DNA of 64,000 nt from Guillardia theta CCMP2712 (Eukaryota > Protista > Cryptophyta): NCBI RefSeq assembly GCF_000315625.1, contig NW_005434559.1, forward strand, positions 113,238 to 177,237, in the 5' to 3' direction. Shown piece by piece: positions 46,825 through 57,880 of this stretch. The notes under the pieces were generated by a model. That model saw only the letters and a list, made by a program, of their open reading frames with translations, made no database searches and was not told the origin of the DNA. A program made the translations under genes and the position numbers. Position 1 is the stretch's first letter; each line of letters begins with the position of its first letter.

Positions 46825-48878
46825 CTAGAAGATGAACTTGTCTCCGTTAGCACCCTCCCATTCTTCACTGTCGTCGTACGCTCGGGCCGTGAAACCGGTC
46901 TGCCTCTCGAGATAGCTTGAGAGGAGCGACGGTCGCGATGAGGCGGGTGGTGGGCCATGCCCGTTCACCCCCGCACCGTTGACCCTCAAACCATTCATGC
47001 CGTACCCGCCGGTCCCGCTGCCAATCAAGCCAACGCGTTGCGTGCCCACGTCATTGTCGCCAAGTCCTTTCAACCGCTTGAGCTCACTCAACGCTGCGTC
47101 TCTTTCTGCCGTCACACGCTTGAGCTTGTCCACCAGTGAGAGCTTTTCATCGTCGTCCCCGTACCACTCAGGGTTTCCCTGTATCAGCGCAAGCTTCATT
47201 GCTAAACTGACCGGTGACTCTCCGTCGCGCGACCATTTTTGCGCCTCTGCGAGTTTACGGGCAGAGTAGAGTTCAAACTCCTCTTGGAAGATTTCCACGA
47301 ATTGTTCTCTCGTGATTCTCCTGTCCTGTCCGAGCTCCACATTCCGAGTGATGTACTGGAAGTCATCGAAGCCCAACAAGATCATCGGGTCTGTGTGAAA
47401 TGCTTTGAGGCCAGTCTGCAGCTCTGAGAAGGACAAGGAGTTCGAGCCAAGGAGGTCAAGCCTGTCAAATACTGAGTCAACCATCTGCTCAAAGTGATCT
47501 GCATTGTCAAAGACAATCAGCTTGCTGAGAATTGGATCGAGCACACGGATAGATTTGTCTATTCCCTGCCGATTGTTTTCAGCTTGCTTCTTTCTTATAC
47601 CCTGCTCTTCCTCGTTCACGCATCGAATGAAGTTGTCGAGCATCACGGCAACGACTACGTTGAGCAGAATCATGGAAGAGATGATCATGTAAACCACAAA
47701 GAATATCATTACAGTCTTGTCAGATGAAGAAAAGAGAGGCCTGGCAACTGAAGATGCCCACGCATCTCCAGTAGCACACTGGTACATGGTAAAGATGGCG
47801 AGTTCAAAATTCCCAAAAAGATCAGGTCTCCTTGTACCGTAGAGATCCACTGAGATGATCGCGAACATGGAGGTGACGATGACAAGAATCAACACTGAGT
47901 TGAGAACTGGCAGCAAACTGCCAAGAATCGCATTGAAGATGACGCGAAGATGTCTCATCCTTTTGAAAAGCTGAGCTGCCCTGAAAACTCTCAGCATTCG
48001 CAGGGTGGTGAAGGCAGGCACTTTAGGTAGTGCCAGAGACAGCAGAGAAACGATCACGATTACAGTGTCAAAAATGTTCCACCCATTGAGCCAAAATTTC
48101 ATCCCATACTTCCCTTTCCAATTGACAAAAATGTTGAGTGCAAGCTGATAACAAAGTCAGCGAGGGGAGCCAGGAGAAAGAGCAACGAATCACGGGCACG
48201 TACCTCGAAGGTGAAGATAGCTGTGAAGATGATGTCGGTCACATTGAAGACTGTGCTTGCTACTGAGTCGCTGGAAGGAGTCAACTCTGCCTGAACGCAG
48301 TTGAGGAAGAAGATCGCCCCAATAGAGAAGCCAAAGAGCAGCTGGAAGGCTTCCGACTGGTACATCCTTCTCATGAAGAGCCGAAACTTGGTGAAGCTCG
48401 AGAAGAGCGTGTCGTGCAATTTCATCTCATTCATCTGGTTCGACACCTTTTGATAGCACTCGAGCAGCTGTGCTTCCGTATGAAACCGAAGAGGAAAGCT
48501 CCTCCCCTGGTTCAACCCCTCATTGTCGGTGAATATGATCAGGGCAGGGAAGTTGGAGAAGTTTCCTTTCTCAGCATCCGCCTGCCTTCTCTTCAGCAGA
48601 GCAATCGAAGAAGTCGAGTGGCTCTTTAAATCCTCCATCTGCGTGATTTCTTGCAGAGAAATTTTGGTCACATTTCCGTCAGGTTCATCGTCGTCTACAA
48701 AGGCAAGGTACGAGCGAGTCAGCACTAAACTCTTGGTTTCCCATGGATCTTTTGTGACATCATGCGAAAGGAACAAAACTTTGCTATGGTACAGGACAGG
48801 CTCACCAAACCTGTCAGCCAGAGACTGAGACCCACTCCGTGTCCGCTCTTGAGAGCGATTCTGAACCTCAAAGCTCAT
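46825..48878 (-). CDS. Single-domain voltage-gated cation channel (BacNav/EukCat-like) with N-terminal PH-like domain and C-terminal EF-hand-like motifs
   Basis: One intron 48145-48203; IFTFE|LALN..NGWNIFD, S4 LRMLRVFRAAQLFKR, pore LFGNF..TMYQCATGDAWAS, S6 LLNVVVAVMLDNF, FDRLDLLGSNSLSFSEL. Confidence 0.88.
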
Positions 48879-49609
48879 TGTTACAACCTGCTGGTGACTT
48901 GCAGCGAGGATCAATGAGTTCCTTTCCTTCTACTTGCTACACATCTTGGAGATGAGAGGAGACAATCCTGTTTGAAAGTCCTCGTCCTTCAAAGACTTCG
49001 AATGTCTTGGGCACTTCGGGGGGAAAGCTCAAGCATTCAATTCAAACCTTGAAAAATTGCTCTATGGTCAGTCAGCCTGCAATGAATAAGTCACAAAAAC
49101 CAATGAGAGATCATCATTCAGGGAATAGCAATCCTCTTAGCACAACACCATTACAAACATCTCAGCCCTTGCAGATGCACCTCAATGCGCCCGAACTGTT
49201 CTCCAGGGGACACTTCACCTCTGGTTTGGACTCATCCTAGTTCTGGACGTGATATTTCCACTATCTTCATCTGTTTGACCTCACTGTATCATCAGACCTT
49301 CATTCCTTTGATTCTCGTCGGTCTCATTCCAAACCTCCTACCTTATCCTTTCAACCTACACAAGGACATGGCGTTCTCGCCTGCGAGCACTTGTCCGCAT
49401 TTGTTGATGGCGAGTCAGACTCTACATAACATCCTCAGTTCTTCCTTCCTTCAAGAATCATTCCCCACGTCCCTATCCCTTGCTGTTCCCCCCATGACCG
49501 CGCGCTATCTTCATCCCATGCTCTGTTCCTACCTCGCGCCCTCTCATTCTCTCATTTCCCCCACTGGACCTCGTCTCTGCTACCCCTGCTTTTCCCCATC
49601 CTAAGCAGG

Positions 49610-51370
49610 AGAAGGAGGGGGTAGGTTATTGATTATAGGAAGCAGGGGTGGGTCGCAAGGGGTAGCCAAGGGTCCTCAGATGGGGGGTAGTCAAATGACA
49701 GGCCTTGAAGGTACTGAAAGAGGCGAGGTAGCTCATCTGAATTCGTGGTGGGTGGTAACAGATTGGTTGAGGAGGGTGGGTGGTCCGCGATATTAGTGAG
49801 GCGACCCGACCTTGAAGGTACCTCGTGATGGGGTGGGTATCGGACATAAGGGATTATGGGGGGTGGGGTGATACACGATTTGGGTGGTAAGGGGTAATCG
49901 AAGCCCAAATGACCCAGGTTTTACCCATGAATTGCACTCTTCAGTACCGGTGTGTTTGTTAAAGGGGGGGTCCAGTCAATCTTCCAGGGGGTGACAAAAG
50001 CAATCTGGTCGCCGTCAAGATACTAAGGGGGGGGGGGGGGTAGGGGTAGTACAACTCTAGGGGCTCCAAGGCTCCCAGAGGTGCAGAATTTTCAACCCAG
50101 GTGACATACGACCATCAGATTCGACAGTGAGGCTTTCATATGTACAAATTATTGCTTCAAATTTCAAATACTAAATGAAATATTTCAAACATGCCCACGG
50201 AAATCTGATTCGGCGAAGGGGATCTGATTGGGGAATGAAAGTTAAATTTTTGGGTACTCCATCGAAATGTAGCTACCGTTATTTATCGGAAAATGGTAAT
50301 AATTCAGTACTGTGGGTTTAAAATGTACCCCCTAGAAATCATTACGGACCAGTACAGAACTATTACTACCAGTGAACTTGTCGGTACTGCCAGTACCTGA
50401 CTCCCGCATTCTGGTAGTACCTGAGGTACATTATTCCTTGTACCATACGTTAGTATGGTGATTCTACTGCAGATATCTCCGACCGGACTTGTGAGGTCTA
50501 AAAGTTCCGAAAGTCATGCGACCGCCGGGCTACCACGGTACCGTGACACTGAGTCAGCTCAGAGGCTTTACTCAAAGTTAAGTCAGAGGTGTAGTACGGT
50601 ACTGACTCTGTGAGTTGAGTACTCATCAGTGACGCCAGCCTTACGGTCACCCGCGGCGCGGCCGGTCGGACGCCGAGCGGCGGCACAGGCTGCCCGGCGC
50701 TGCCGGACTGGCACCGTCACCGGGTAAGGCTCCGACTCGCCCGGGCCGCCGGCCGCCGGCCTGGCACTGCGGACTGCTGGCCACTTTGAGGCTTCAATAC
50801 TCAAGTTATGTTTTAAGCTAAAATCATAAGATCAAAATCCGAGTACTACGGCGAGGAACTGTCAGTGAACTACTACTCAAAACTCCCGAGTCCGACGGTC
50901 GTACAGCCCGGCCTGGCCCAGCGGCACCGTCGGCTCGGGTGATGGAACGTATGCCAGCCGTGCCAGTCAGATAGCTAAACCAAGACGACTTACATGGCGA
51001 GGCGGCATGTCACCGTGCTGTGTAGTACGTGGGACCGTGACGAAGCCTTGAAGAGGGGGCTTTCCTAGCCGTCCGCCTTGCTAAGGTCCTCTCATGTCTG
51101 GGTGCTTGGGTTTCACATCCTAGCATACAGTCTATCTCTCATGTGCTCCTCAATTCTGGTTTGTGTGCATTAAACTCGGTCTTGAGCAAAAACTGTCTTG
51201 TTACAACTAAGGTCGATGCCACGGTGATATCTGCGTGACTTTGGACTAGTACAAGTCTAACAAACTTCAATGTATTCCGTCGGGCCAGCGTGACTCGCGG
51301 CGGCCTACTGCCCGCCGGGCCCGCACTGCACGCGGCACTGCACGACGGCGAGAACCGTTGAACCGTTCGG
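49610..51370. promoter_or_regulatory. Divergent intergenic island with dense GTAC cluster and GC-rich arm
   Basis: GGGT tract, AT block, 9 GTAC in 50254-50443, GC-rich arm 50520-51050. Confidence 0.5.
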
Positions 51371-51823
51371 AAGAAAAAGACAGCGAGAACCAACACCCTG
51401 TTGCCAACTGCTGTCCCCCAAACTTAACTGATACCTTCACTTAACTGCGCGCAGGATTTCCCCATGCCAGCGATGTCGCTGTGGCCGCCGCCGAAGGAAT
51501 GAGACGCATACCGGAACGCACCCGCGATAATGGCAGCGAAGGACAGGGATGCCTTGAGCTGACGAAAGATCCTGGACCGGATGCGTTTGCAAGACTAGTG
51601 ACTCTCCAGCACCCCCGACGGTTCAGTGACAGCAGTGTCTTCGGGAGCCGCTGATGATCCGAGCCTCGGCGAGCGAGAGGGTTTTGCTCACAATACGGCA
51701 GATCAACGATGAGCTTGCCGGGTAGCCGCAAAGGAGGCGGAAGAGCAATGGTAGACGAGAGGAAGTTGAGAAGGAAGGTCAGACACGAGAAAGCTTGATG
51801 TTCCTCCCTTGTCCTTGTCATCG

Positions 51824-53695
51824 ATGACGATCAGGATCGGCTACTACTGCTTGCTCGGCCTCTTGGTCCCTCTGGTGATTGACATCTCTGTATGCGCTGG
51901 CGCCTTCCAGGCTCCAGCTTCCCCTCTCGGTGCAAGAGCTAGAAGTTCACTGCCATCATCCTGCTGCAGTGCCAAGAGGCTGGAGGAAGGTCGGGAGGAT
52001 CCCCACAGGATCTTCGTGGGGGGGACCTCGTACCAGGATAGGGCGTCGCTCCTCCGTGCATACTTCGAGCGAGCAGGAAGCATTCGTCAGGTCGAGCAAT
52101 CTTCACGAGGATATGCCATCATCTCCTTCGAGGACGAGGCCTCTTGGTCTCGTGCTCTGTCCCTTCCCTGTGACGAGAGTCTGTTCAAGGAGATCCGGCC
52201 AGCAAGACCTCTCAGTCGAAAGCACACTGACGACAGGAAGGCGGAGACTGCAGAAGTAGAGGAGGGTTACGATGTTGCGTTGCTCGTGCCGTACACTCAT
52301 TCTCATCGGGTTAGGGAAATGGTCTCTGAACTTCTTGGCTCCTCCCTCGACCACGCAAGCATCGTCCCAGCCTATGAAGAGCGGGTGAAGAGAGTCAACT
52401 TCGTCCTCCTCAGGCTCCATTTCCCAGCTTCAGCATCCTCTTGGAGCTTGCAGCACCGAACGGAGCAGAGTCGAAGGGCAGCAGATGTCATAGTTGAGAA
52501 CGCAGCGATGCAGTCCGTGATTCATCGCGTCTTCATCCTGGACAGGGAGGTGGGGAAGGCTGTGGGAAGCCTGGAGGAAGGGCTCTTGTGTCTTAGCAGG
52601 CAGATCGCCTACTGGAACTGCTCTCGTCCTGAAGCAGGAGGAGAGGCTTCTTGCCAGAGCCTTGGAGGGTGTCACCGGCGATGCTGGTGGAGGGACCTGG
52701 CTCCTGTGTCAGTCCGAGTCTCGTCATCCCCTACCATCTCCACACAGCTCTGCGTAGAGTTCCTGGAGAGGAGGGGTGTGGCATGCTCTCCTCAGCACTA
52801 CAACCTCATCGCATCCATCGTGCAGCTGCCGGGCAACAAGTTCTATACAGGAGTTGCCGAGAAGACAAGAGCAGTGGACCAGGTTCAGGTACCTCAGCTG
52901 TCTCCAGTCTCTCGCGCCTTCCTCAAGCTCGAGGAGGTGTTTGTTCGCTGGAATCAGCCTCTCCCTGCGAGCATCATGGCTCTCGATGCAGGAAGTGCCC
53001 CTGGAGGATGGAGCAAGTGGCTCGTGGAGCATAGAGCTAGGACGGTGATTGCGGTGGACCCAGCAGAAATGCTCTACAGGCCGGAGAACGAGCGAGGGGA
53101 GGGCGAAGACGGCGGAGAGAGCGTCTCTTTTAGGCATATGAAGATGACCTTGCAGGAGAGTATCCCAGTGCTGCAGCGGGAGGGATTCAGATTCAACTTG
53201 TTCGTGTCTGATATGTACTTGAGCCCGAAGATGTCCGCCGTCGATGTTTTCAACGAGGTGAATGACGATGATGATTGGGAGGAGGAAGATGAGGAGGACG
53301 TGAAGGAGATGCGTCAGACTGAGGTTGTCGTCTTGTAGGTCGCTGACTCTGGCCTTCTCCATGACGGTGCTGTTGTGGTTTTGTCGCTGAAGGGGAACGA
53401 AGTAAGTCAAACATGACCTTCGATTCATCTCCTCGTCCTCCCCTCGCCTCACATCTCCTGCTACACTCGATTTCTTCTCTCAGCCCATTTGACCTGCTCT
53501 GCAGGCCAAGGGACATTCATCAGCTCGCTTCGATGCTCTCATCTCAAAGCAGGTGGAAAAGTTCTCTGCAAGATGCTCCCACGTTAAGGTGATTTACCAT
53601 CAATGAACGAGCTCAGCTGAGGCCCAGCTCAGGTTTACCATCTGCTCTCAAACAGGGTACGGGAGAGGACCATTGTAGGGTACTGGGTACATTGA
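51824..53695 (+). CDS. RRM + FtsJ/RlmM-like 2'-O-ribose RNA methyltransferase with bipartite plastid leader
   Basis: Leader ..VCAGA-FQAP; RRM (RIFVGG, RGYAIISF); SRAFLKLEE, ALDAGSAPGGWS, VIAVDP, FVSDM, LSLKG, HLLSNRVRERT (K-D-K-E tetrad); TGA at 53693-95. Confidence 0.88.
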
Positions 53696-53704
53696 AGGAA
53701 GTGC

Positions 53705-55014
53705 TCAAGACATACATTGCTGGAGAATGCGGGCAGCTAGTCTCTTACCCTCCGGTGATGCAAAGGAAGGAACTTTGATAGAAGAGACGTTGTGCTGGAG
53801 TTGAAGGGGTGCCATGTCAGGGCCATGAAGGGGAATCAAAACACATGAACACTGAGAACAAGGAAACGAGGAGCGAGAGATAGGAGAAAGCAGCATGCAT
53901 GTTGAGAAGACATAAACATTGCAGAAATCAAATGAAAAGAAAGGCGTGCAGGATCGTAAGTGAGGAAAGACCAGGGGAAAGGAGATCAGGAAGGGAGAGG
54001 GCGGAGGGAGGTGGAGGGAGAGGAGGGAGGAGAGGAGGATCACATCAATCCTCGAGCTCGACGGGGTCAACGGTTCTTGGGCTTCAGTCTCCACAATCAC
54101 AACTGGCTGTTGGGTCGTCACCGGAGGCTCGAGAGCATCGGAAGCTTCTTCTCACCTTGTCAAACACCAGCTGGGCAAACCAAACGCCTGCCTTGATGTC
54201 CACAGCCAGAGCTGGCCCTCCCTTCCCCAGCAGGACGCAGTTGGAGACTGTCCCGTCAGGCCTGAAGGTCACGTGCGCCAGCACACCCTGCAGAGGCTCG
54301 TCAGCTCCCGCGGTCGTGAGATTGTCGCTTCCTCTAGGACGAAGGAAGTGAGAGGCCGGGCGGTGAGGGAAGGGCCCTTGAAGCTTCCTCGCTTGAGTGA
54401 GACGATCTTGCGGGAGTACACGTCTCCGGGCCCGGTGAGGTTGAGAATGGAGTGTCCTGTCGGGCTGAAGGCAGCTGAAGAGATGAGCCCCTGGATCATC
54501 CTCCTACAGGAGCAAGGGCGATGAGAGGAGGGCAAGAGGAAGGCAAGCGAAGATGTGAGAGGACGAATCGAAGGAGGGTGAACAGGACTTACTTGCTGAT
54601 GAACCTTGTGTCACTTGCCGGATTGATAGAGCTGAAGTCAGGCGATTCAAGATGGAGCTTTTCCATGCTCGCATCCTCCCTGTATGAGCCGCCAAAGTAG
54701 TAGGAGTAGGCTGAAGGCAACCAGACCTGGTGGGCGTTCAGCTGAGTTCAAGCTGCATGATGGCGATGCTACCATGACGATGTAGACCGCAATGAAGATC
54801 ATCGCCGCCCTTCTGAGCTTCGGGTACCAGTTCGAGTAGCCGTCGTCCATGCCCAACATGAGCTGATACAGCAGCGTTACCAGGAAGACGGTTAATGCAG
54901 AGGATTTACCCTGTGATAGTTTGGCAGTGGTCTTCGCATATACCTTATTTGATCTCTGACTGCGGCTTCAAACCCAGCACTTGCATCTGCTCCTTCCAAA
55001 GACTTGAATGTCAT
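53705..55014 (-). CDS. Membrane-anchored WbuC-like cupin-fold protein, multi-exon
   Basis: TM AAMIFIAVYIVM|VWLP; RFISKRMIQGLISSAAFSP..LNL..RKIVSLKRGSF, HVTFRPDGTV..LAVDIKAGVW, VIVE, PSFASPEG follow the WbuC pattern (recalled consensus, not searched). Confidence 0.6.
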
Positions 55015-55230
55015 TTCAATACTTTGCTACGCTTTCTTGTCATCGCTCTGTCCTTAGCAGGACCTCTCTCTGGCATTCTTCAATCATATTATCCTTCTAA
55101 CAAGCACATGTGCCGGGACGATAAGACAAAGAATGATGTTGAGATCTTTGTTTGTTTTAATCCTCTCTGATCTTGGAAGTGTGATCTTCTCTACCTTGGT
55201 GTCTCCTCCTTCTCTCTTCTCCGCCCTGAC

Positions 55231-55593
55231 CTCTCGTCCTCCTCCCTCCTTCAACTCGTCCTCCTCTCGTCCTCCTCCCTCCTTCAACTCGTCCTCCTCT
55301 CGTCCTCCTCCCTCCTTCAACTCGTCCTCCTCTCGTCCTCCTCCCTCCTTCAACTCGTCCTCCTCTCGTCCTCCTCCCTCCTTCAACTCGTCCTCCTCTC
55401 GTCCTCCTCCCTCCTTCAACTCGTCCTCCTCTCGTCCTCCTCCCTCCTTCAACTCGTCCTCCTCTCGTCCTCCTCCCTCCTTCAACTCGTCCTCCTCTCG
55501 TCCTCCTCCCTCCTTCAACTCGTCCTCCTCTCGTCCTCCTCCCTCCTTCAACTCGTCCTCCTCTCGTCCTCCTCCCTCCTTCAACTCGTCCTC
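55231..55593. repeat. 33-bp minisatellite, 11 perfect copies
   Basis: Unit ctctcgtcctcctccctccttcaactcgtcctc, no spacers. Confidence 0.97.
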
Positions 55594-56076
55594 CTCTCTT
55601 CTCCCCCCCCCTTCTCCCTCCTCAGCTTCTCCCTTCCCTCTCCCCTCGCATAGGCCCCTCAGGCAACCACATCCCCGTCATTTCCCGGGCCCCGGCGATT
55701 CCGGCTCCCGGGAATTTCAGTGATGTCAGCACAAATCTATCAGTCCTCGGGTTTGTTTGTCGGCAGCTACAATGCAGGCAGGGATTGGAGGAGGGAGGGA
55801 GAGAGGGAGGAGGGGGAGGAGGAGACAACAGGGATGTTGAGAAGGAGATGGTTGGTTCAGCCCTAAGAGGAAATGAGATGTAGCAGGAGAGTCAGGAGGA
55901 GAGGATGCGGGTATGGAGATGACAGGATAGCAGTCGGCGTGAAATGGGTAATGCAATGAAGCTGAATTGCTTCCAATGGCCGCATGAGCTTCTTGTGAAT
56001 CTTGTTTGTCTGCAGGATATCTTGGAGAGTCTGATGTGAGACTGCAAGCCATCAGTGGAATCCAGCACCTTCCCTA

Positions 56077-57720
56077 ATGGAGGCAGAGCACAGCTCTGCT
56101 CGCCAAGGTCTGACGAGGCTGTGGAATGTTGTCTGCCGAGTTTTGAGGGAGGGGAACCTTCTCGACAACATCTTCGGCTCATGTACACGATGTCTTCCTG
56201 TCAGAGGCGATCGACAGTTGAGCACAGTCAGCTCGGAGTCGAACTATTCAGCCATCCCAAGTCAAACAGAGAGAAATTTGTTGGCGGCGGAGGCTGCGCA
56301 ACAAGGTGGAGATATCTCAGTCCCTCCTCAGCTGCACAAGTACTTTGAGGGGGAGCGCGAGGGTTCGAACAATGATCAAGATCCCTTCGAAGAAGCAGGG
56401 CAGCAGTGCAACATTTGTGCAGGAGAAACGAAGTTCAACACTCACTTTTCTGTTTCCTGCCGGTGAAGTAGTTAGAATTATGCGAGGAGGCCGCGCTGAC
56501 AAGCGATGCAGCCATTCAGCATGCCGAGATTGCTGGGAAACGTGGCTGAAAGAACACACCACGTGCATGGTCTGCTGTGAGAAAGTGCAAAAGATTCAAA
56601 GGTTGGTTGTGTTGTTTCGCTATATTGGTTCTGAAGCCATCAAACAAGATTTTCTAATGATTTAGTCCCTTCTGAGAAAGACCACAGCAATGAGCACATT
56701 CAAGGCGACAACGGATGTTCAGATGACATAAACTACAGGCTGGAACAAGTCAGCAATGCCTTCATGCGATCGCTGGTTGATGTGAAATCAAGATTCAATG
56801 ATGTGACAAGAGATATTGGAGTTTCATTTCAGTCGTGACCGTCGTGCTCGCAGGTCCGGGAGCGTTTGGACGAAATCAAGGCACACCTCAACAGGAAGAA
56901 CATGTCTTTCATGCACGGCGATGCCCGTCTGTCAGTCACGTCTGTTGAGGCTTCGTCTTTGTTAGAGCAGCTCCATGTTAGTTCCTCTAGCTTGACAAAC
57001 CTCCTCCTTGTGATTCGACTCAGGTTCTAGAAGCGATCATGCAAGCCCCTCCCGGCAGCCGACCTCAAACTGCGTCTCCCGTCTGCCTGCTGGACGAAAC
57101 TGCTCGACTTGGTAACTCCATAGCCACTTCAGAAGACTGCACTTAGTTTCAACAGGCGACATGGTGAAGGATTTCAATGTTTACTTGGACAGATGCGTGC
57201 AAGAGCAAGAAAACCAGGAGCAGCTTTCCGTCGACTCGAAGCAGAAGCCACAGATTGCAATGAAACTTCTCTCTTCCTGCTCGCCCCCTGTTGTTTTGAG
57301 CCAATGGAGGTTCGAGGTTTGGTTGTGGGCGTGTTTGATAATCTCCTCCCCAGAGCGATACTGCGGGTCCTGGACGAAATTTTCGAAGAAACCCTCCCTC
57401 AGATCTTGGAGGATCTTAACTTGTTAGGCGTGATAATGGCCTTGTATCTCCATCGCTGAAAGCCACGTCAGGTATGGACACCGTGAGGCAGGAATGTGGA
57501 TGTTCGCTCAACGAATGGAACAAAAATCGAATGAGTTCAGGATGGATGTCGAAGAAGACTTTCAGGTAACAATGGGCATTGTGCCGATGCAGCTCATGTC
57601 ATCCTCTTTCAGGTGATCCTCCCAGAGATCGAGTTTGTCATCGTCCGGATTCAATCATGCTTCGATTATGCCGATCCTTCGCACAAAGATTCATCTGCTC
57701 GTAAACCTGACGAATCCTAG
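56077..57720 (+). CDS. RING-finger protein, multi-exon
   Basis: CNIC ...|.. CSHSACRDCW..W...TTCMVC (C3HC4 spacing); later helical exons; TAG at 57718-20. Confidence 0.7.
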
Positions 57721-57880
57721 CAACTAGCAGATGTACCTAGTGCACTCTCTGATCCCGATTAGAAGTGATTCCTGTTATTTACTGTGTAAAGATGCTTGAT
57801 CACTGTACTTGTGCCATCACTCCCCTGCAACAAGTTCGAATGAATGAGCTTCGACCTTCTCCTTCAAACAGGAGTTGACG

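Noticed and set aside
54288-54345. Possible non-canonical GA-AG or GC-AG intron in the WbuC-like gene
   Set aside because: An in-phase canonical GT donor (ttc|gtccta) is available
55231-55593. CRISPR-like repeat length (33 bp; also 30 bp at 37165)
   Set aside because: No spacers, no cas genes, eukaryotic context
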